Assembly: GCA_026394315.1 (NCBI GenBank)
Contig: JAPKYM010000213.1
Location: 1 to 43,254, forward strand
Length of the DNA stretch: 43,254 bases
Direction of reading: 5' to 3'
Source: Candidatus Bathyarchaeota archaeon
GTDB taxonomy: Archaea; Thermoproteota; Bathyarchaeia; 40CM-2-53-6; RBG-13-38-9
This document shows positions 34,850-42,104 of the stretch, one piece after another; within the stretch, counting starts at the first letter, position 1; each line of letters begins with the position of its first letter. Under the pieces are notes generated by a model. It was not told where the DNA came from. It was given only the letters and a program-made list of their open reading frames with translations, and did no database searches. The position numbers and the translations under genes are program-made.

Positions 34850-35188
34850 TCAATTACTTGGTTTTTCTTGTCCTATCTTTATCTCGACACCAACCGTTTT
34901 CTTAACCAAGTCAGCAAGCTGGTCTGCTTGGGGTTCCTTGCCTTGCTTCCCGGCGATAGACACTATTAGTGGATACTCTCTTCCTCTCCGAACTCTAATG
35001 AGGGTAGGTTTCAGCCATTCGCTTACCTCCTCTGTGATGAATATTATTGATGTCTCCTGATTCCGAAGTAGTTCGATTAGTCTTTCCTCTGCCTCCTTTA
35101 CATTGTCCGCTGGGTAACTGTTGCAAATTCCTGTTATCTTGAAATATGTGGCTGTTTCTCTGTCAGCTATGACTCCTATAGTAGCCAT
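34850..35188 (-). CDS. atpF: A/V-type ATP synthase subunit F
   Basis: 112 aa. MATIGVIADRETATYFKITGI...SIIFITEEVSEWL...YPLIVSIAGKQG...LVKKTVGVEIKI follows the AtpF pattern (iaViGD.dt..gF.l.Gi....iI.iTE.....P.iv.IP...G......lv..aiGvdi). No other ATPase genes are in the window. Confidence 0.75.
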   Translation of the reverse strand: MATIGVIADRETATYFKITGICNSYPADNVKEAEERLIELLRNQETSIIFITEEVSEWLKPTLIRVRRGREYPLIVSIAGKQGKEPQADQLADLVKKTVGVEIKIGQEKPSN

Positions 35189-35283
35189 TTTCCCCTACCA
35201 ACTCGTGCCTCTCACGACAAGAAAGAGCGAACCAATATGTCTCTTGTCCTACTAATTCTTCTTTCACCTTACAGGAGTGTAAT

Positions 35284-35757
35284 CTAGAATTGCTTGAGTA
35301 TATCCTTTTTCTCCATGGTTCGATTGCAGTAATGGCAACGGAGACGTATGGGTTCCACTTCTTGAACGTGAAAGAGTGAACTTACAGGCTCTTTGGAGTT
35401 TGATATACAAACGGGATTCCCACACTTGATTATTCCGGTAATATCTCTGGGCAGGCTGACCTTTTTCTTTTCCACAACATCATACTCATGAATTATGTTT
35501 ATTGTTGCCTTAGGCGATATTAGAGCAATCTTGTCTACATCTTCGGGCTTGAGTTCCCCACCCTCAATCTTCACTATGTCTTTCTTTCCAATGTGTTTGC
35601 TCGGGACATTTATGACTACGCCTACAGTATTGGTTTCTTTACCGGTTACGTTGAGTATTTTCAGTACGTCCAAGGCGTATCCAGCCGATATGTGATCTAT
35701 CACAGTCCCGTTTCTGATCTTTTTGACGTATAGTTCAGCCTTACCGACTTGTGACAT
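35284..35757 (-). CDS. pyrI: aspartate carbamoyltransferase regulatory subunit
   Basis: 157 aa. ..LYVKKIRNGTVIDHI..G.ALDVLKIL.. and the C-terminal zinc domain C..NPVCISN...LRCHYCNR. Confidence 0.9.
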   Translation of the reverse strand: MSQVGKAELYVKKIRNGTVIDHISAGYALDVLKILNVTGKETNTVGVVINVPSKHIGKKDIVKIEGGELKPEDVDKIALISPKATINIIHEYDVVEKKKVSLPRDITGIIKCGNPVCISNSKEPVSSLFHVQEVEPIRLRCHYCNRTMEKKDILKQF

Positions 35758-35828
35758 AGATCCTCACTGATAGAATTCGGTGGAGAACATATTTGACAAT
35801 AACTCATTAGATTAGTCTGCTGGATAAT

Positions 35829-37007
35829 CTAGCTCGTTGGCTGGTTCTCATCTTGATACCTTTCCAGCTTGTCCCTGCCACGGGCGTGGGAGAGATAATA
35901 TGATATTATTTGGGTCATTTTCTCTCCTTCAACAAGAAAAGCGTCGTGACCATAGGTTGAGGGTAACTCGTAGTAAACCACGTCTTTGTTTGCCCCCCGC
36001 AGAGCGTTCACCAGCTCTTCAGACTCTAATGGTGGATACAACCAGTCTGAACTGAAGGAGATCACTAGAAACTTCCCCTTTGTTACTGTCAATGCTTCTT
36101 CAAGTGAGCTATATCCATTCGTTATGTCAAAATAGTCAATTGCTTTAGAAATGTAGAGGTAGGAATTTGCGTCAAACCTTTTTGTGAACGTTTCGCCTTT
36201 GTAATGGATGTAACTTTCAACCTGAAACTCAGGTTTGAGACTGAAACTAAGCCTATCTCTTTCCTGCAACCTCCGGCCGAATCTTATCCGAAGGGTTTTG
36301 TCACTTAGATATGTTATGTGACCGATCATTCTAGCTACAGATAAGCCATCAGTGGGAGGCGCCCTACTTCCATAGTAGTTACCGCGTTGCCACTTGGGAT
36401 CGCTCATGATTGCCCTCCGACCTACTTCATTCAAAGCGATGTTCTGAGGTGACTGCCGAGCTGCTGTAGCGATAGGTATACAGAGAGCCGCCCGCTCAGG
36501 ATATGTAACTGTCCATTGAAGAGCTTGCATTCCAGCCATAGATCCTCCAACTACTGCAAGCAACTGATCTATTCCAAGATAATCGATCAGTTCTCTCTGA
36601 GCCTTCACCATGTCCTTTAAGGTAACCATCGGGAAGCCTAGGGCGTATGGTTTCCCAGTCTTCGGGTTAGTTGAACTAGGTCCTGTAGAGCCTCTGCACC
36701 CACCTATAACATTAGAACAAATTACAAAGTACCTGTCGGTATCGAAGGCTTTCCCAGGACCAATCATATTGTCCCACCATCCAGGTTTGGGATCATTCTT
36801 GTGGTGTTTACCAGCAACATGAGCGTCTCCGGAAAGGGCGTGGAAGACTAGTATGGCGTTGCGTCTGTCTGAGTCGAGTTTTCCATAGGTTTCATACGCC
36901 AAGGTTATGGGGCCGAGCTTTCTTCCACTATCAAGCAGCATTTTGTTTGGTGAATTCGCAAAAGTGAAAGTTTGAGTCTTGACTATTCCTACTGATCCTG
37001 CTTCCAT
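35829..37007 (-). CDS. metX: homoserine O-acetyltransferase
   Basis: 392 aa. ..[11 protein letters not shown]...[17 protein letters not shown]...[35 protein letters not shown]...[14 protein letters not shown].., the classic MetX alpha/beta-hydrolase pattern. Confidence 0.9.
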   Translation of the reverse strand: MEAGSVGIVKTQTFTFANSPNKMLLDSGRKLGPITLAYETYGKLDSDRRNAILVFHALSGDAHVAGKHHKNDPKPGWWDNMIGPGKAFDTDRYFVICSNVIGGCRGSTGPSSTNPKTGKPYALGFPMVTLKDMVKAQRELIDYLGIDQLLAVVGGSMAGMQALQWTVTYPERAALCIPIATAARQSPQNIALNEVGRRAIMSDPKWQRGNYYGSRAPPTDGLSVARMIGHITYLSDKTLRIRFGRRLQERDRLSFSLKPEFQVESYIHYKGETFTKRFDANSYLYISKAIDYFDITNGYSSLEEALTVTKGKFLVISFSSDWLYPPLESEELVNALRGANKDVVYYELPSTYGHDAFLVEGEKMTQIISYYLSHARGRDKLERYQDENQPTS

Positions 37008-37216
37008 TTAGTGTACCACAATCTCTGACTTTGATCTAGGTTATTGGTGTTCTCTATCGACACTCCCCAATTGAAATCCAGACCTTAGTAGCTTCTCACT
37101 ATGATATTCCTGTGTTAAACTACTTCTGTGAACAGTATTCCGATTGGAATCTCTTTTATTGCTTTCCACCCCTCAAGTTATCTATGGAACCTTAGGAATT
37201 AGATGTGGGGCTTTGC

Positions 37217-38140
37217 ATGAGTCTTGCTGGAAGGGATATAATTTCAATACGCGACTTCACGAGATTTGACATTGATCATATGCTCTCAGCTGCAGATCAA
37301 ATGGAGCTACAAGCCAAAAGTGGTTCTGACATTCTCAGAGGCAAGATTATGGCTACTCTCTTTTTCGAACCCAGCACCAGAACCAAACTAAGCTTCGAGT
37401 CTGCAATGTATCGGCTTGGTGGATCATGCATAGGATTTGCTGAACCTAGCACCGCATCTGTACAAAAAGGAGAGAACCTATCAGATACTGTACGGGTCGT
37501 GGAGAACTATGCTGACGTCTTAGTTATTAGGCATCCTCTTGAGGGAGCTTCGCGGTTAGCGGGTGAAGTTACCGATGTTCCTGTAGTGAATGCAGGCTCA
37601 GGCTCTGAGGAGCATCCTACCCAAGCAATACTTGACATATACACTATGAAGCGGGAGTTCGGCCACATAGATGGTTTAAAAGTCGCCATGGTGGGTGACC
37701 TTCGCTATGGCAGGACTGTGCATTCTCTTGCATACGCCCTCTCTCTTTACAAAGATGTCAAATTGTGCCTGATCTCTCCTGACCTACTGCGAATGCGGCA
37801 CGAAGTTCTTGAGGACATTGGACGTAATATAGACTTTGAGGAAGGCAAAGACCTCGGGAAGATTCTAGGCGAGGTCGATGTCATATATATGACACGAATA
37901 CAGAAGGAACGATTCGCTGACCTTGCTGAATATGAAGCTATTAAGGGTTCATATAGACTCACTCAAGCTGACCTTAAACATTGTAAGAAAGGCGCGATAG
38001 TTATGCATCCTTTACCTAGGGTTGATGAGATCGATGCCGATGTTGATGGCACCATATATGCTAGATATTTCAGACAGGTCTGGTACGGGGTGCTTTCGCG
38101 GATGGGTTTGTTGGCTCTTATTCTTGGAGCGATCACGTGA
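37217..38140 (+). CDS. pyrB: aspartate carbamoyltransferase catalytic subunit
   Basis: ..LFFEPSTRTKLSFESA.., ..HPTQAILD.. and ..HPLPRVDEI... ATG 37217 (MSLAGRDIISIRDF) is preferred over the tracked GTG at 37205. Confidence 0.92.
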   Translation: MSLAGRDIISIRDFTRFDIDHMLSAADQMELQAKSGSDILRGKIMATLFFEPSTRTKLSFESAMYRLGGSCIGFAEPSTASVQKGENLSDTVRVVENYADVLVIRHPLEGASRLAGEVTDVPVVNAGSGSEEHPTQAILDIYTMKREFGHIDGLKVAMVGDLRYGRTVHSLAYALSLYKDVKLCLISPDLLRMRHEVLEDIGRNIDFEEGKDLGKILGEVDVIYMTRIQKERFADLAEYEAIKGSYRLTQADLKHCKKGAIVMHPLPRVDEIDADVDGTIYARYFRQVWYGVLSRMGLLALILGAIT

Positions 38141-38158
38141 TTTTGCGCATGAGTCAGT

Positions 38159-40429
38159 CTAGGATAACGAGTACATAGTTCTACTCTCTATATCCCTTCT
38201 CTTTGATTCAGCCCACAACGTCAGTGGTGTATATGTTGCTGAAGATCTGCCGAATGTGATCAAGTTTGTCGCGCCGCACGATGGACACTTTGAAGCTATG
38301 CCAAGGGAAGTTTTGTTGCACCTCCGGCAGTAGGAGAAGTTGGTGGTGTAGGTGAAGAATCTCAGATGGTTCTGGCATGCTTGCTCTGTAAGATGTAGTA
38401 GCTCCTTCGGATCTTGCTCTTTCGGAGCCAAATAGATAGGTGTTAAGTGTCCTCCCAAGGACTGTTCTTGGAATTTGCTTTCTAGGGCAATTCTCTGATG
38501 AAGATCTATCTTGGCTGCTAATGGAACCACAAAGAGATCTGTATAGTAGGGATAGTCCCTAATCCCTTCAGTTGCCACTTGCCCAGGACCATATCTCGCC
38601 ATATCAAGCTTTGCGAGCCGGGATGAAGCCTCATCTTGAGGCCTTTGTGCAACAACTAGACGCATTCCCAGCTTCTTGGAAGCGGACTCTGCAAAGTCGT
38701 TTATTTCTTTCAGTATCTTTAGAGCAAATTCCATGGCTCTTTCGTTCTCATTTAGAGAGGCCCCTATGAATGCCTTTACAGCTTCATATAGCCCTACGAA
38801 ACTAATTGCATAAGTCGCGTTCTTTTCAATGAAATAGGCACTCTCAGCACCTCCCGACAGAAGCGGGAGTAATGACTGCTGGAGCCTCTCTTTGAGAACC
38901 TCGCTCTTCCTCTGGAAAGCTGCAGCCACAAGATTGAGATTCGTCTCAAGTATGTTCTGAAATCTGTCTATCTTTCTGTGCGATTCGTAGGCAATCCTCG
39001 GCAGGTTTAAGAAGATTGTGTCGGCATTGCCCGTCCTCATGCAGTCGTCTTCCCAGTTACCTGTCCAGGAATTATCAATTCTTAAGCCAGTTGCAGTATA
39101 GACTGCCTTTTCTTCGCTTCCGAGATTTGCAAAGTATGGCAGGAAGGATGTTGCCGCGAATTGATGTATCTTCATCAGTAAATCATGCACTCTCTTGTTA
39201 CTTTCATTTGGACCCCTGATCTTGAAGATGAGTCTAGGATTAAGGAGAGGTTTCTCTTTTGACGCCTCGATAGCGGCGTCAACTGCTGCTTCTAGCAGAT
39301 CGTTCGCAGACTCTGTATAATCGCCATATTTCCCAAGGTTGTTACCTTCAGGTCCATTGACTTTGATACTATTGAGGAATTGTGGGATACTAAGTTCAAA
39401 ACCAAGAGAGAGGCTGCTACCAATATCCTGTGAGTAGACATCATGACGAATGTTCGTAAAGAATTGATAGAGTGAATCTCTCAGCTGGTCTTTGGAAACC
39501 TTGGATACGTATGGTGCTAGGAATATGTTGAACATGTCAAAACACTGTTCACCAGACACTTCGTTTCTTGCTAGCTCGTATACCTGTTGTGCAGCAAGCA
39601 GAGCAGTCTGAAATGTCTTTGGAGGCTTTTTTGTTGGTAACCCGTTCTTGAGAAAGAATCTTAGGTCCTGCATGACCTCGCTCGGTTTGAGTATCCATTC
39701 TCCTAGATTATCAATATGCAAGACTCCAGAAAGGTGAGCGTCGGCAATGCTTCTCGGTAGGAAATTCAGGAGTACGTATTCCTCGATAACGGCATTTCCA
39801 GCTGCATAAGTCACAGCCTGAGCATTAAGCATCCTTTCACTGGAATATTTGAGTAGCTCTGAAACATCATGAACAGGCATCCCGAGTCTTGTTAGTTTGT
39901 GACGATAATCTTCAAGGCGTTTCTCAATCAGTATGGCGTTAATGAACTCTCTTATCAGAGGCGCTGTCAGGTAACTTGTCCGTAGCCTGAGAAGTCGCTC
40001 TTCAGCTTCTGCCGCTATTTCTTGGGCCAATTCATAAGGAACACCAGCCTCATTGATCAGTGAGTTCGCTATTTTCTCTCTCTCAAACTCCTCTAGAGAG
40101 AGCTTAGATGTTCTGACATACAACTTCCCTTTCTTTGCAGCTACGTACTCCTCCAAATCCCTCTCGAAGGTTACCACGATTTCTCCGAGCTCGGTTATTC
40201 CATATTTCTTTGTGTTCTTGTCCAGCGTGACCAGACGTGTTCCAGTTACGCTCTTAAGGTGATAGACAAACTTACCTGCGTCACGTATCGGATCGAGACC
40301 TAATGCGGACATCACTTCGGTGTAAGGAAGTGGCCCCTTAGACTTCAGTAGCTTTAGGATTCGAAGCCTTACTGGCGAGGAGGCTGCGTTTAGTATGTCG
40401 ACTCCAGATTTTTCGAATGACATTGACAT
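38159..40429 (-). CDS. wHTH (ArsR-like) + ATP-cone + class III ribonucleotide reductase (NrdD)-like fusion protein; radical-site residues apparently not conserved
   Basis: 756 aa. N-terminus SSPVRLRILKLLKSKGPLPYTEVMSAL. ATP-cone-like LYVRTSKLSLEEFEREKIANSL.... NrdD-like blocks HLSGVLHIDNLGEW, PPKTFQTALL, LNPRLIFKIRG, TIFLNLPRIAYE, YPYYTDLF. C-terminal zinc ribbon CRRC-x11-CPSC. RSSATY sits where NrdD has RVCGY. Confidence 0.75.
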   Translation of the reverse strand: MSMSFEKSGVDILNAASSPVRLRILKLLKSKGPLPYTEVMSALGLDPIRDAGKFVYHLKSVTGTRLVTLDKNTKKYGITELGEIVVTFERDLEEYVAAKKGKLYVRTSKLSLEEFEREKIANSLINEAGVPYELAQEIAAEAEERLLRLRTSYLTAPLIREFINAILIEKRLEDYRHKLTRLGMPVHDVSELLKYSSERMLNAQAVTYAAGNAVIEEYVLLNFLPRSIADAHLSGVLHIDNLGEWILKPSEVMQDLRFFLKNGLPTKKPPKTFQTALLAAQQVYELARNEVSGEQCFDMFNIFLAPYVSKVSKDQLRDSLYQFFTNIRHDVYSQDIGSSLSLGFELSIPQFLNSIKVNGPEGNNLGKYGDYTESANDLLEAAVDAAIEASKEKPLLNPRLIFKIRGPNESNKRVHDLLMKIHQFAATSFLPYFANLGSEEKAVYTATGLRIDNSWTGNWEDDCMRTGNADTIFLNLPRIAYESHRKIDRFQNILETNLNLVAAAFQRKSEVLKERLQQSLLPLLSGGAESAYFIEKNATYAISFVGLYEAVKAFIGASLNENERAMEFALKILKEINDFAESASKKLGMRLVVAQRPQDEASSRLAKLDMARYGPGQVATEGIRDYPYYTDLFVVPLAAKIDLHQRIALESKFQEQSLGGHLTPIYLAPKEQDPKELLHLTEQACQNHLRFFTYTTNFSYCRRCNKTSLGIASKCPSCGATNLITFGRSSATYTPLTLWAESKRRDIESRTMYSLS

Positions 40430-40932
40430 TACTACTGCCTCTGTTTGGGATATCTGGAGAGTGATCTTTGTTTAAAAGAATAGACAATTCATTCGAGTAT
40501 AGTACACTTTCTTTGAGTTGGTGTTCTTGACAGGGTTAATGCATGCTAGGTGGGTGTTAAACTGGTTCGACTACATAGAGTGTAATTGTGTAACACATAG
40601 GAACATTTATACGGGTGACTCGTATATCCTATGGGTTGAGGATGAGCGAGATGAAAAACGCTGGCGTCTTATGCGCGCTCTTTAGCTCACCACAGAGCAA
40701 ACTCATACTACAACAAGAAGAACGAGAACAACCTCTATACTTTCTGAAGATACCCGGGCAAATCAAGCCGTAATCTTCTCCCTCCTCTTTTTTCTTTTCT
40801 CCTATTGGGGCCCTCACGGGCCCAATAATAAAACCAGACCACGTCATCGACCAATATTCATTAGGCTCAAATATGGCGCTACGTAACTTCGTTGTGGAGT
40901 AAGGCTCCAGGTGCTGTCAAACGGTTCCAGAT

Positions 40933-41294
40933 GTGGAACTAGACGATTCTAACACTACTTTTGCGACTGTAAAGAGTTTGATCGAGAAGTTCATCCAAGA
41001 TAGAGATTGGAAAAGATTCCATACGCCAAGAAACCTCGCTGAATCTATCAGTATAGAGTCCGCGGAGCTGCTGGAAATATTTCAATGGATCACCACAGAC
41101 GAAGCCCATCTTATGAAGAATGCTGCCAATTTTGAAAGATTACAAGAAGAACTTGCAGACATCTGATCTATTGCATAAGCATGTTTAATGCGATAGGAAC
41201 AGACATCGTGAAGGCGCTTGTAGATAAGATTCAGAAGAATGAGACGAAGTATCCCTCTGAAGTTTCCAAAGGAACTTACTCAAAAATGGGCTGA
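40933..41294 (+). pseudogene. MazG-like nucleoside triphosphate pyrophosphohydrolase (small all-alpha type), interrupted by a frameshift at about 41161-41163
   Basis: The tracked ORF ends ...FERLQEELADI*. One base further, the next frame continues LIYCISMFNAIGTDIVKALVDKIQKNETKYPSEV...*, ending at TGA 41292-41294. Joined, this reproduces the MazG-family core EELADvLIYc...lgiD...al..Ki.kNe.KYP. Confidence 0.7.
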
Positions 41295-41657
41295 AGTGGG
41301 CATGATATCTGGCGAGATAAATAGGAATCATGTACTATCGGCACTAGATGAAATAAAGAAAAGTGGAGCGCGCGCTCTCTAGCCGGTAGACGATTTAAAT
41401 ACCTAGAACCCCACCGACACCTCAAAGAAAAGCGAGAAACGAAAAAGCCTATTTCAAGCCTGAACCAGAGAAACAGTAACATATTTGAGACCCCTGGCGG
41501 GGGTTTCAATCGCTCTATGGTAGAATTGATCATCACCGAATCAATCATAAAATGACTGCCACGTGAAACCCTAAACCTCTAAACCAAACAGCCACAAGGC
41601 AGTTCCACGTACCCAAACCCAAAACACGTGGAACCCAAAAAACAACCACTATGTAAT

Positions 41658-41749
41658 ATCCCCCCTAGCTGGTGAGAGCACCCTAATTTGAACCGTTAAG
41701 ACAGGTTATTTTTGTGTGTGTGTGTGTGCTCACCAGCTAGGGTGGGGAT
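41658..41749. repeat. long imperfect palindrome/hairpin: ATCCCCCCTAGCTGGTGAG ... CTCACCAGCTAGGGTGGGGAT, with a 52-nt loop
   Basis: The 14-bp perfect core CCCTAGCTGGTGAG (41663-41676) pairs with CTCACCAGCTAGGG (41729-41742). The stem is extended by ATCCCC/GGGGAT across a 2-nt bulge. Confidence 0.85.
41713..41728. repeat. (TG)8 dinucleotide microsatellite inside the palindrome loop
   Basis: Reads tgtgtgtgtgtgtgtg directly, preceded by ttattttt. Confidence 0.95.
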
Positions 41750-42104
41750 GTAGATAACTGGCTGTTTGGTGTGGCCACGTGGATACGGGTTTTCCGACGT
41801 GGACATCCACGTGTAACTCCAAACCCTTTCTTCAATTTCCCATATCTTGATGAAAGCATCAGAGCACGCTATCTGCGAATATCAAGAAAAAAATGGGTGT
41901 TTGAAAGCTGTCCGGTGATTAGGGTGCAGTCCAGACAGCAATAGCAGTGGCTACCCCATATTCACTCCAGACGCATAGTGAATACCATCCCTATCTAACA
42001 CTCTCGGCATAGTACTCTCCTTGGCGAGCCGCAGGTGGGCCTGACAGGTTTGTTTGAGCCATAGCTAGTGAGCAAACAATAGACTGTGAGGAAGCCGCAG
42101 CTAA

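Larger units (their letters stand above)
41559..41812. repeat. cluster of six ACGTGG(A/C)-type iterons flanking a central palindrome
   Basis: Copies at 41559-41565 (minus sense), 41603-41610 (minus), 41626-41633 (plus), 41777-41784 (plus), 41797-41804 (plus) and 41805-41812 (minus). The left arm is C/A-rich and the right arm G/T-rich. Confidence 0.7.

Noticed and set aside
40630-40770. Box C/D sRNA or 43-codon ORF (MSEMKNAGVLCALFSS...) downstream of a TATA-like box at about 40603
   Set aside because: The GATGAGC and CTGA elements are about 115 nt apart with no C'/D' pair. The ORF has no proper SD spacing and nothing recognisable.
40629-41548. Minus-strand ORFs 40629-40847 and 41276-41548
   Set aside because: Both lie in intergenic or pseudogene sequence. 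One translates a polypyrimidine tract and hairpin (40790-40835). The other runs antisense to the MazG-like 3' part. Neither has protein-like features.
41566-41600. Telomere-like AAACCCTAAACC repeats
   Set aside because: This is a single imperfect occurrence within a generally C/A-rich arm of the palindromic region, not a tandem array.
41713-41728. CRISPR or other spaced repeat array
   Set aside because: It is only a simple (TG)8 microsatellite. No repeat-spacer periodicity exists anywhere in the window.
41658-41749. The 92-bp hairpin as a miniature inverted-repeat transposable element
   Set aside because: The flanks (..ctatgtaat | gtagataac..) show no convincing direct target duplication. 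No second copy is present in the window.
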